From assembly GCA_951406725.2 (NCBI GenBank), contig OX597836.1, positions 42,098,001 to 42,162,000 of the forward strand: DNA of 64,000 nucleotides. The letters are read 5' to 3'. The translations under genes and the position numbers were made by a program. The notes below the pieces were generated by a model that searched no databases, was not told the origin of the DNA, and saw only the letters and a program-made list of their open reading frames with translations. This DNA is from Octopus vulgaris. Taxonomy: Eukaryota. Below, in pieces: positions 1-12,600 of the stretch (position 1 is the first letter of the stretch; every line of letters starts with the position of its first letter).

Positions 1-1079
1 GTGAGTGGATTTGGTAGACGGAAACTGAAAGAAATCCGTCGTATATATGTATATATATATATATGTGTGTGTGTGTTTGTGTGTCTGTGTTTGTCCCCCC
101 AGCATTGCTTGACAACCGATGCTGGTGTGTTTATGTACCCGTCACCTAGCGGTTCGGCAAAAGAGACCGATAGAATAAGTACTGGGCTTACAAAGAATAA
201 GTCCCGGGGTCGATTTGCTCGACTAAAGGCAGTGTTCCAGCATGGCCGCAGTCAAATGACTGAAACAAGTAAAAGAGTAAAAGAGAATACATATCTTAAC
301 AAATATGGTATGCCTACATTTTTTTTTCTCAAATATGGGTATATGTTTATCATCATCATCATTTAACGTCTGTTTTTCCATGCTGGCATGGGTTGGATGG
401 TTTGACCAGAGCTGGCAAGTGGGAGAGCTGCATCAGTTCCCAGTCTGATTTGACATGGTTTCTATGACTGGATGCCCTTCCAAATGCCAACCACTTTACA
501 GAGGATGTCGTGCGCTTATATAGGTTGACCCCCACCCCACAAAAAAAAACAGAACCCAAAAACAATTTATTAAATCCTACAAAGGACTTAAACTTCGGTC
601 TGTGTACAATCATTCCCTTTGCATAAAAGTCATGTTCTTTTCAAAATATGCTCCAAATGGCATAGGTCATGCAAACACTTGCATATGTTGCGCAAAATTG
701 TCAATTACTCAACCACATTCCTCTTTAGGGATTTCCTTAATTTCTGCTGTGATTGTGCCGGTGGCACGTAAAAAGCACCATCCGAATGTGGCCAATGCCA
801 GCGCTGCCTTGACTGGCTTCCATGCCGATGGCATGTAAAAAGCACCAACCGATCGTGGCCATTACCAGCCTCGCCAGGCACCTGTGCCGGTGGCACGTAA
901 AAAGCACCCACTACACTCACGGAGTGGTTGGTGTTAGGAAGGGCATCCAGCCGTAGAAATCCTGCCAGATCAGACTGGAGCCTGGTGCAGCCTCCTGGCT
1001 TCCCAGACCCAGGTCAACCGTCCAATCCATACTAGCATGGAAAACGGATGTTAAACGATGATGATGATGATGATGATTG

Positions 1080-1376
1080 CTGCTTTCAGTTCACCAATCG
1101 TTTGAGGGTTATTCTGGTAAACATTATCCTTGAGATACCCCCACAGATAAAAATCTGGGTGGGTGGATTTAAGTCCGGTGAATGCAGTGTCCACTCAACG
1201 TCACACTTCCTGCTGATCAGTCCCTCCTGAAGCTGCTCTCTCAGCCAGGCTAGGGAGTCATTTGATGCGTGGGGGTGGCCCCATCTTGCTGGAACCACTG
1301 TTCATCTCAATCTATCCCTCCACGTCATTTTATTCAAAAATTTGTGGATTCTGTTTCTTTGTGGGGTCACCCTGTA
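1080..1376 (-). mobile_element. Tc1/mariner-superfamily transposase relic
   Basis: Frameshifted WFQQDGATP...WTLHSPDLNP-DFYLWGYLKDNVY; terminal cagggtgacccc next to TA. Confidence 0.8.
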
Positions 1377-2221
1377 CATGGCACCAGCTCAGGTACTTTG
1401 TGTATGGTGCTAGCACAGGTGCTATTACATAACTCCACAGGTGCTTTGTACATAGTGCTGGCATGGGTGCTTCTTTGTTTGGTACCACCACAGGGTACTT
1501 GCAGGCCAATCCTCTTCATCAAAGAGGGGTGGCATTAACAGTTCTGCTGTGAAGGCAGCGAGCTGGCAGAAACGTTAGCACGCCGGGTGAAATGCTTAGC
1601 GGTATTTCAAATTCCACCGAGGTCAACTTTGCCTTTCATCCTTTCAGGGTCGATTAAATAAATACCAGTTATGCACTGGGGTCAATATAATTGACTTAAT
1701 CTGTTTGTCTGTCTTTGTTTGTCTCCTCTGTGTTTAGCCCCTTGTGGGTAATAAAGAAATAGGTATTTTGTCTGCCGTTACATTCTGAGTTCAAATTCTG
1801 CTGAGGTCGACTTTGCCTTTCATCCTTTCGGGGTCGATTAAATAAGTACCAGTTACGCACTGGGGTCGATGTAATTGACTTAACCCGTTTGTCTGTCCTT
1901 GTTTGTCCCCTCTGTGTTTAGCCCCTTGTGGGTAGTAAAGAAATAGGAGGTAGGGTCTTCTTGAGTACAGCAAGGTACCAGATATTTCGTTTGTTTGTCA
2001 TCTCCTCCCTAAGCACCAGTGTCTTGAGATCACCCTCCAGTACTTTATCTCATGTCGCCCTGGGTCTTCCTCTTCCTCATGTTCCATACTCTTCTTAATG
2101 CCAACTACTTTATTGAGCACACTGGGTGATTTTGGGTCCACTAGTGCTAGTGAGGACCTCTTTGTATCTTGCAAGGCTAAAGGCTAAGTTTCCCCCTATA
2201 ACTGATGGGGGAATAGATTAA

Positions 2222-2763
2222 CCCTTTCGTTACTGTATTTCTGTTAAGATGCTCTGTGTTTCTTTCAATTACTTTAAATATAACAAAGAATTTAGTAAAA
2301 TAACTTAGTTATCATTCAGCTAGTGTTGGGAATATAAATTGGGATTAAGGTTTGGTGGAAGATTTTAATTCAGAACTTATGAAAACAAGACATTTGTACT
2401 CAGAGCAAGAGCCGGTATCAGCCGGGTTGGTATGAAAAGGGTTAATTTGCAGATTTTGTTTCACATAGTTGTTTGGACTTGTTAGAAATAGCAGTCAGAT
2501 CTTGTGCAAATTGAAGACACATTTGACTGAATGTCTTTAACACTTTTGTTACCATATTTCTGTTGAGATGCTCTGTGTTTCTTTCAATTAATTTTAAATA
2601 TAACAAAGAATTTAGTAAAATAACTTAGTTATCATTAAGCTAGTGTTAGGAACATAACTTGTGACTAAGGTTTGGTGGAGAGATTTTAATTCAAAACTTA
2701 TGAAAACAAGACATTTGTACTACTGAGCCAGAGCCAGTTTTAGCTGGGTTGGTAACGAAAGGG
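2222..2763. mobile_element. Two adjacent copies of a ~220-bp TTAA-flanked piggyBac-like MITE (2222-2441, 2541-2763)
   Basis: TTAA-ccctttcgttac...gtatgaaaaggg-TTAA; the second copy has a highly similar body. Confidence 0.75.
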
Positions 2764-3113
2764 ATAATAAATGAGCAACGATGATGAATAAAGGGATGAA
2801 GGCGGGTAAGATGAGGGCAACGAATTCATAGTTGCAGTAGGGTGGTAACGTGTGTGTGTGTGTGTGCATACATAACACTTGCGTGCCTCGTTTTTTAGTG
2901 ACATTAATGTGTGCCTCATCAAACGCTGGACTTTATACTCTGCTATCATTAAAGGTGCTGGCCTAAATCACACCTCTACAGTCACTGTATCTGTGTGTGT
3001 ACCCATGTGCAAGCAATTATACACACAGTTATCTATATAGATCTAGATAAATAGCTGTTTCTGCATGTATGAGTACCTGTATATATATATATATGTATGT
3101 ATATATATATATG

Positions 3114-3145
<32 letters not shown>

Positions 3146-3146
3146 T

Positions 3147-3541
3147 CCGAAAACGTGCCCCAGCACGTTCGGGGCGACGGCGCCGTCGCAGGCGCGCTTC
3201 TAGCGCGTCCGCTTCGGTCGTCCGTTTGCACTCCCGGCCCTATTCGCCGGTGCGTGCTCGGTCGGGCCGCGGAGCTCTGCTCGCATCGCCGCCGCGACTC
3301 AGCACCCCTTTCAGTGCTCGTCTTCGCCCGCACCGCGTCGTGTCCGGTTTCACGCCTGCGCCCTCAACGGCGCGGGAGCCACGAGGCGGGTGCGCTATTG
3401 GGCGTTGTCGCCGTTCGCGTTCTAGCGGTAGTAGCGCATCCACCTCCCGGTCGTTTCGGCCCGCTCGGTTCCTCCGAGGCGTCCGGTACGTTCACTGTGA
3501 AAAAATTAGAGTCCTCAGAGCGAGCCCCGCCGGCTTGCATA
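3147..3541 (+). pseudogene. Dispersed 18S rRNA fragment (V4 region)
   Basis: GC-rich island. Its 3' end (cacctcccggtcg...ccggtacgttcactgtgaaaaaattagagtcctcagagcgagc) matches the conserved 18S motif CCGGAACGTTTACTTTGAAAAAATTAGAGTGCTCAAAGCAGGC. The 5' part is assigned by continuity only. Confidence 0.75.
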
Positions 3542-3750
3542 CAAATTTTTTCTGTGCAGGTGGCATGTAAAAAGCACCCACTACACTCACAGACTGGTTG
3601 GCGTTAGGAAGGGCATACAGCTGTAGAAACATTGCCAGATAAGACAGGAGCCTGGTGCAGCCTTCTGGCTTCCCAGATCGCCGGTCGAACCGTCCAACCC
3701 ATGCTAGCATGGAGAACGGACGTTAAACGATGATGATGATGATGATGATG

Positions 3751-3781
<31 letters not shown>

Positions 3782-4441
3782 GTGTATATATATATGTGTG
3801 TATATATTTGTATGTATATGTATATATATGTATGTATATTTATATGTATGTATATGTATGTATATTTATATGTATGTATATATATGTATATGTATGTATA
3901 TATATGTATATGTATGTATATGTATATATATGTATCTGTATGTATATGTATATATATGTATATGAATATGTATGTATATGTATATATGTATATGAATATG
4001 TATGTATATGTATATATGTATATGAATATATATGTATATGTATGTATATGTATATATGTATATGAATATATATGTATATGTATATATGTATATGTATGTA
4101 TATGTATATATATGTATATGTATATATGTATATGTATATATATGTGTATATATATGTATATATATATGTATGTATATGTATATGTGTATATATATGCATG
4201 CACGCATACACACACACACATACACACATATGCACACAAGCAATGAGTTAGTGTACAGTTTCTCTCAGCCAATATCTCTCACAAGGTATCTGTCAACCTA
4301 AGGCTATACAAGAACACACTTGCCTGAGGTGCCCAGGGGCATGGTGGTACCCAAATCCACATTGTTATGAAATGAATTCCTTATCCGAATAGATATGCCA
4401 GCCACCCACCTCTCACTATCAAACTGTATTTATTTATATGT

Positions 4442-4475
<34 letters not shown>

Positions 4476-4498
4476 GCATATACATACACACACACAAA

Positions 4499-4545
<47 letters not shown>

Positions 4546-4766
4546 CGTGTGTGTGTGTGTGTGTGTGTGTTGACAACAGCTCACAGCATTAATCTTTTCT
4601 AAGTAGAAAAAAATTTTTTTTTGATTATCATTGTTTATCTTTTGAGTGGGTGTGTGTGTGTGTGTGTATGTGTGTGATCTATCTGTGAAAAAGAGGAAAC
4701 AATTAATATTCTCTTAACCTGTATAAACATATATAATATATATATATATTGCATTTGTGTGTCTAT

Positions 4767-4817
<51 letters not shown>

Positions 4818-5297
4818 CACCCATGCATACAATTTTTTAATTTTTTTTATTTTCGTATTTACGTATAAATATATACGTAATATATATATATTGCACATGT
4901 GTGTGTATATACACACATATATATATACACATACATACATCCATGCATACAATTTTGTATTATTTTAAATTTTTTTCATATTTATGTATAAATATATACG
5001 TAAAATATATATATTGCACATGTGTGTTTATACACACACATATATATACACATACATACACCCATGCATACATTTTTGTATTTTTTTAATTTTCGTATTT
5101 ACGTATAAATATATACGTAATATATATATTGCACATGTGTGTGTATACACACACACATATATATATACACATACATACATCCATGCATACATTTTAAAAT
5201 TTTTTAAAAATTATTTTCTATATATTTTCTTCAAATTTTTCTTGTATATTAATTTACTAGCTTTCTATCACACTTTACATACACACACACATGCTCG

Positions 5298-5333
<36 letters not shown>

Positions 5334-5691
5334 TAGATAGACGGGATATGGAAATGATATCACCCCCAACTGTGTTGCCATGTTACAAACGGCAAGACAC
5401 GCTATTCATTTCTGCTCCATTGCTAATTTCATTTAGTATCACTGGAATCATCATTTTATTGAAATTCATAGTTTTATCACAGTTTTATGGTTTCATGCAA
5501 CCGTTAACTGCATTCCTTGAGATTGTTCCATTAATATCACTAAAAAATGTGTCTCAAAATAGTTGCAGCTTGCCTCAACCAGTTCTAAATGGCTCTACCT
5601 GCTCCAACCTGGCCCCAACCTTACTTGTACTTGTGGCGACATTCACCCTGGGTGGGTTGAGTCGGCTTCTTCTACCCATGGAAGAAGTTTC

Positions 5692-6096
5692 GTGGGAATA
5701 TGTGGATTTCACAAGCTGTCCCCAACAATCCCGCATGTTGAGACATCCTGTTTGCTGCAGATTGTCCACAGACGCAGGGGCAGAACGACCGAGGAGCCGC
5801 CGGTTGCCGAAGCAGACACTCCGAGGATTTTCACCAGAGCCCCGTCTGCCGGGTTGTGGCCCTAATACCACTCGGTGTCAGACCAATCCGCCTTGGGTGG
5901 CCCTACCAGGAACCGAAGTTCCTGACGGCTGTGGGAATATGTGGATTTCACAAGCGGTCCCCAACAATCCCGCATGTGGAGACATCCTGTTTGCTGCAGA
6001 TTGTCCGCAGACGCAGGGACAGGACGACCGAGGAGCCGCCGGTTGCCGAAGCAGACACTCCGAGGATTTTCACCAGAGCCCCGTCTGCCGGGTTGT
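5692..6096. repeat. 166-bp GC-rich direct repeat pair (5692-5857, 5931-6096)
   Basis: gtgggaatatgtggatttcacaagc...cccgtctgccgggttgt occurs twice with few substitutions. Confidence 0.9.
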
Positions 6097-8857
6097 CTGA
6101 TCCTAAACATCTCTAGATGACCCAAGACTAATTCAGTTAGTTCTTGAGGTAAAGGTTAAAGATCCCCTTTGGTCAGGAATGACCATGGGATTGAACCTAG
6201 AAAGTTACCTTTGAATTCTTCTTCATCATCATCATTGTTTAACGTCCGCTTTCCATGCTAGCATGCGTTGGACGATTTGACTGAGGGCTGGCGAACCAGA
6301 TGGCTGCACCAGACTCCAATCTGATCTGGCAGAGTTTCTACAGCTGGATGCCCTTCCTAATGTCAACCAATCCACAGAGTGTATCAGATGCCTTTAACAT
6401 GTCACTGGCACAGGTACCTTTAATGTGTCACTAAATCATCATCATCATTGTTTAACGTCCGCTTTCCATGCTAGCATGGGTTGGACGATTTGACTGAGGA
6501 CTGGCGAACCAGATGGCTGCACCAGACTCCAGTCTGATCTGGCAGAGTTTCTACAGCTGGACGCCCTTCCTAACGCCAACCACTCCAAGAGTGTAGTGGG
6601 TGCTTTTATGTGCCACCGGCACGAGGGCCTGCCTGGCGGTACTGGCAACGGCCACGCTCAAATGGTTGTTTTTATGTGCCACCTGCACAGGAGCCAGTCC
6701 AGCGGCACTGGCAACGACCTCACTCGAATGTTTTTTCATGTGCCACCAGCACAAGTGCCAGTAAGGCGACTCAGGTAACGATCATTCTCGAATGGTGTTT
6801 TTAATGTGCCATCGGCACGGAGGCCAGCTTGTCGCTCTGGCAACGATCTCACTCACATGGTACTCTTAGCACTCCCCTAGTAGGGATGCCAGTCATCGAA
6901 TTTGATTACGATTACAAGTACAGTTCATTTTTGTCAGATGAGTGACCGGAGCAATGTGAAGTGAAGTGTCTTGCTCAAGGACACAACATACCACTAGGAA
7001 TTGAACTCACTATCTTGCAATCGTGAGCCGAGTACCCATTGTAGGATAGGTTTGAGAGGTGAGATCTAGCCAGTTTGAACATAAAACAGCAAGAATAGTT
7101 TGGCTGGATTGAATGCTGAAGGATTAAATCCAATTAATCTTTCCTCCTATAAAATGCTATTCTCTGAATCCTGCCGTTTCTGACAGAATGCTCATTTGGT
7201 TGTAACTTTGGGGCCTCTCACTAGAACTATATGAAATAACAGAGTGGTTTTTACGCGCTGGTATCACATAAAAGGAGGCGAGCTAGCAGAAACATTAGCA
7301 TGCTGGGCTAAATGCTTAGCGGTATTTCATCTGCTGCTACGTTCTGAGTTCAAATTCTGCCGAGGTCGACTTTGCCTTTCATCCTTTCAGGGTTGATTAA
7401 ATAAGTACCAGTTATGCACTGAGGTCGATGTAATCCGTTTGTCTGTCCTTGTTTGCCCTCTCTGTGTTTAGCCCATTGTGGGTAGTAAAGAAATAGGTAT
7501 TTCGTCTGCAGCTACGTTCTGAGGTCGACTTTGGCTTTCATCCTTTTGGGATTGATAAATTAAGTACCAGTTATGCATTGGGGTCGATGTAATCGACTTA
7601 ATCCATTTGTCTGTCCTTGTTTGTCCTCTCTGTGTGAAGCCCCTTGTGGGTAGTAAAGAAATAGGTATTTCGTCTGCTGTTACGTTCTGAGTTCAAATTC
7701 CGCCGAGGTTGACTTTGCTTTTCATCGTTTCGGAGTCGATTACATAAGTACCAGTTATGCACTGGGGTCGATATAATCGACTTACCCGAAAACGATCACA
7801 GCCACATCATCCATATAGACCGGGTGAAACAGAGCTTAGCTGTTAGTATATTATGTATTTGTACAACAGTTTGTGAAATGCAGTTTTCAGCAAAAATTTC
7901 ATTGGGAAATGACGAGAATTAGCTAATTAATGTATACGAGCTAAATGTATTCATTTTCAGTGAAATTTAAATGAAATATGTATAAAGCAGACGGAGTGTA
8001 ATTGATATGTTGCTTACTTGTGTTAAAATGTATCTTTTAAAACTACATCTCATTCATTATTTAATTAAATGTGCAAATTAGCTAATTATATATTCAAATC
8101 TCAAATATGTAAATTTGATGCAATATTTTTTCAAATTTTTCAAATAGGTTGCATTCCCTGATAAACCTGTTGTCTATATATATATATATTTTTTTTATCC
8201 TGTTTAAACAGAATTATATCATTGTTAAATCTATCAACAGTAATCTTTATGTTTCAATAAGATATGTACGGATTGTAAGCATGGCTGTGTGGTTAAGACA
8301 TTTGTTTCTGAACCGCATGGATTTTGGGTTCAGTCCCTTGGCAGGACACCATGATCAAATGTCTTACACAATAGATCCAAGCTGGCCAAAGCCTTGTGGG
8401 TGGATTTGGTTGATAGAAGCCAAAAGAAGCTCATTGTAAGGGTGATGGAATTCACAAGTTGTTTTATTCAAATCCACCACAATTATTTCAACCCACACAT
8501 GACAGCTGATTGCCCAGCATCTCAACTATGAGCTTCAGGTGCAGAAGGAATAAAAAGAATTGTATTGATTTTGAATAAAGAATCTCACGAATTCCATTTT
8601 CTGTATATAAAGGTCTATATGCGAGAGACCCCATCCTTTGGTCATGAACGACCATAGGATTGCACCTTGAAAGTTCCCCTCTGAAGCACAAGTCTGGGTG
8701 AGGTTGTTTATAGAAGACCAGCAGTCGCCCATGCATACCAGCTTCCTCTCTCCATGCCACCGATGTTATCCAAGGGAAAGGAAAAGGGGCCGATACAGCT
8801 TGGCACCATTGATGTCGCAACTATCAAACTGTATTTATTCATATATGATATGGATAT

Positions 8858-9228
8858 GGTGCCTGTAGAGTGCTGCGTTTCAGGCGGCATCCGGTGCACT
8901 CTCGGCGGCCCTGGAAAATCTGGGTCCGTAACGATTCGCAGCTCTCAAGTCGGTCCATACCCACCATCCACAGTAGGTCACCAAGGTGTACAACCTCTTG
9001 TCAATGGTGCCAATGTAGGTAAGGGAAGTCGGCAAAATGGATCTGTACCTTCGGAAGAAGAATTGGCTCCGAGGACCGGGTCAGTCGGGCCGTGTGTGTC
9101 ACCACGCTCTCCTGCGGCCGCATTGCCGTTCACTCAGCGTCACGCCGCTGGGTGCCGGAACATGTCTTCATGCAAAGCGGTGGACTAGTGCGGGGCTGTA
9201 GCATTGGCGTTGGACTCGACATCCCGGG
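8858..9228 (+). pseudogene. Dispersed, diverged 28S rRNA fragment
   Basis: catccacagtaggtcaccaaggtgtacaacctc...caatgtaggtaagggaagtcggcaaaatggatctgtaccttcgg...attggctccgaggaccgggtcagtcgggc matches the LSU conserved core with multiple substitutions. Confidence 0.88.
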
Positions 9229-9463
9229 CACCTTTCTACAACTGAGTGAACTGGAGCAACATGAAATATATAAATGACATGAAACATCAGACATTTCCAT
9301 TCTTCCAGAGCATCAAACTAATCAACCTGCTTGTTGTTCCCTCACCTATCTCTGTCTTTTGGTTTCTATATGTTTTAACCGTGTGTGTGTGTACTTCTAA
9401 AATTGTCTGTATGTATACCCAACCTCTAATCTTAAAATGACTTATTTTTATATTTTCTTGCAG

Positions 9464-9617
9464 AAATTCCTCAAGACCCATGGCCCTGACTTTCAAGCTG
9501 AGATGCCAGTTGCAATACATGGCATCACCAAATGTGATTTTTGCCAGCGTCCCCCCGATATGAACTGTGGTAACCAAGAAGAGGAACTGCTTTGCTGTAA
9601 AGACTGCAACACCAAAG
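9464..9617 (+). CDS. DPF-SAM gene exon: first half of PHD1
   Basis: Acceptor ttttcttgcag|; [10 protein letters not shown]...CDFC...[12 protein letters not shown]; donor G|gtcaga (phase 1). Confidence 0.9.
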
Positions 9618-12600
9618 GTCAGATTAAATAAAAATTTTTACTGTTCAGAGACACAGACACGGAGCCTGTCGTCTGGCTCTGTATGTCCCTGTTGATGTCT
9701 TACTCTGCATCTAACTTTCTAGATAACTAACGAGATAGAGAGGTAGATTAAAAAGGGTAAAGATCCCCTTTGGTCATGAATGACCATGGGATTACATTTC
9801 TAACACCAACCACTCCGTTGTGTAGTGGGGTGCTTTTTACGTGCCACCGGCACAGGTGCCAGGGGAGGTTGGCAATGGCCACAATCGGTTGGCGCTTTTC
9901 ACGTGCCATTGGCACAGAAGCGACTTAAGGTGGCGCTGGCATCAACCACGTACAGATGGTGCTTTTTATGTGCCACTGGCACGGAAGCCAGTCAAGGTGG
10001 TGCTGGCATCGGCCACATATGGATGGTGCTTTTTAGGTGCCACCAGCACAGGTGGCACATATTGAATTATGTAAAACATTCAAAACATTAGAGAAAGAAA
10101 TTTAACTGTTTCTTGCAATACTTAAATATGTTGAGTATAAAATCTTTTCATGGATGCTTCAAATATTACTGTGGATCCTCAATTTACTATTTTGCTAGTA
10201 TGGACCCCTAAAAACTGTTTGTGGACCATCAGGTGTAATATGGACCCCTATCGAGAATCTATGCAGTCCCCCCAAAACCGTACATGGATCGCCAGGTGTC
10301 ATATGTATCCCCATTAAGAACCTCTGTGGTCCACCAAAACCTTATGTGGACCACCAGGTGTCATAGGGACCCTTTCTTAAAATCACTGTGGTCCCCACCA
10401 AAACCTTATGTGGACTGCCAGGTGTCATATGGATCCCCATTAAGAATTGCTGTGGTCCACCAAAACCTTATGTGGACCGCCAGGTGTCATAGGGACCCCC
10501 ATTAAGAATCACTGTGGTCCCCCAAAAACCTTATGTGGACCGCCAGGTGTCATAGGGAACCCGCTGAGAATCACTGTGGTCTCCACCAAAACCTTATGTG
10601 GACTGCCAGGTGTCATAGGGACCCCATTGAGAATCACTGTGGTCCCCCCAAAAACCTTATGTGGATCGCCAGGTGTCATATGGATTCCCATTAAGAACCT
10701 CTGTGGTCCACCAAAACCTTATGTGGACTGCTAGGTGTCATATAGACCCCTATTGAGAATCACTGTTCTAGAGCCACCTAGCTTGTTAGTTATTGGTTCT
10801 GTGTCTACCTATCCATATATATGTTACCAGATAACCCATTTGTATGTTTGTTTATTATGATTTTATGCTATGCTTAAGGTTCTTCCAATCAGTGTCATAT
10901 ACTATTAGGGTTGTGGGTTGCCTAACAACTGTGAACTTCCCTTCATCCATCAATGCATTCTTTGCTCTGATATTGGATTACTTAACTGTCTGGCCAATAA
11001 CGGTGGTGTGCCTCATTTCGATGTAGCTTTTATGGATCTCTTGTAATCAAGTTTATCTGTGTGTGTATGTATGTATTTATATATGTTAGGTCACTTTCGA
11101 GTGCTACTGGTAACATGTAACCCAGTACAACCTGTTGCATGGTCGGGCCGTCGGCGACTAAACCGGCAAACCCACCAAGCTTGCTTGGTGAGGAGGGTGT
11201 TTATTGGACACCCTGCGGGATGAAAAACAAACCCGTCAAAGGGCGGAGGAACTCTTGAGAGTCAACGGCCGTCCAATAAATGTCTTAAGGCTGTATCATG
11301 CGCGGGGACATAGAAATAATCAGACTGAATACCCGATCGCGCGGTTAAACCATTGGAAGTGAAGGACTCTTAGCCTTTGTTAGGGCATCCTTCTAGGAGA
11401 AGGTAACTCAGGTAACTGGGATAACTCCGACATAAAACCTGCGGCTCAGTGGTTACCGATGATGTTGACTTGTTCTTCTTTTCGGATTATGGCTGCTGTT
11501 GCTTAGTGAGTGGGATTGACTCAGTGCACAGCCTTTCCCCACTTTAAAAAAAATCTTCTTGCACAGGCATTGCACGATAACAACATTGTTCATGATTGTT
11601 GATGGTGCTGTGAGTCTCAACTGAATGGCTGGCTGTAGCCTTAAAAAGCAAATAAAAGTCATATTCGATCACAGCGCCAATAACAGTTAAGCTTCGTGCA
11701 GTGGCCATACTCAATAACGAGGGGGCAGCCATCATTTCTAGCTAGGGACCTAGAGAGATAGATAGTAAGGCAATGATACAGTAAGACAGGGTATGGGTGG
11801 AACACGCAGGTCAGAAGCTAACAGGATTAGGGTTAGTGGGAGGTAAACCTAGCGCATAAAGTGGAAATGTGAGGAAGAGAAGTACACCATACTGTTAGTT
11901 AATTAGTTAATTAGTTTGTTAATTTTTTGGTTCAAAAAGCAAAAAGCAAGGCCATGTAGGGGGACATGGAGTTATGTACAGGGAGGGTGTTCATGTAAAG
12001 AGTTCAGGCCACTTGTGGTCAAGGGAGACTTTGAACCGAGCGGTCGTCGGCATCTTTACCATCTCGTTCGGCAGCTTATTCCACGGATCCGCAACCCGGA
12101 CGGAGAAAGCCCCTCTCCTTCGATTGAGATGAAATCGTCGCAGATAGAGCTTTTCGGAATGACCCCGCAGCCGACGCTCTGGAGCAGGAGTGAAGAACAG
12201 CTCTTTTCGAGAGGTTACACTTTCCGTTTATGATGTTGTGAGCGAGAATGAGATCACCACGGCGTCGTCGTTTTTCTAGAGAATAAAGGTCGAGCGTCTT
12301 CAGCCTTTCTTCATAATATACCACACTGTGCCATACTTATACACCATAGTACTGCACTATGTACCATACTATGCCCCATACTTCACACTCCACTACTGCA
12401 CTGTACTGTAATACTGTACTTATCTTTTACAGCACACCCTTCCTGTATGAACTACACTCCAGAACTTGCTCTTCGTGCTCATCAATCACCATGGCAATGT
12501 CCCACCTGTAAGGTGTGCAGCATATGTAAAGACTCAGGAAATGTTGTGAGTTTAAAATTTTTCGTTTTTTTTCCCTTTCTCTTATTTTTACGTTTTTTTA

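Noticed and set aside
3065-3607. 180-aa and 157-aa GC-rich ORFs, or a CpG-island first exon
   Set aside because: The starts lie in a (TA)n microsatellite and the block carries an 18S rRNA signature.
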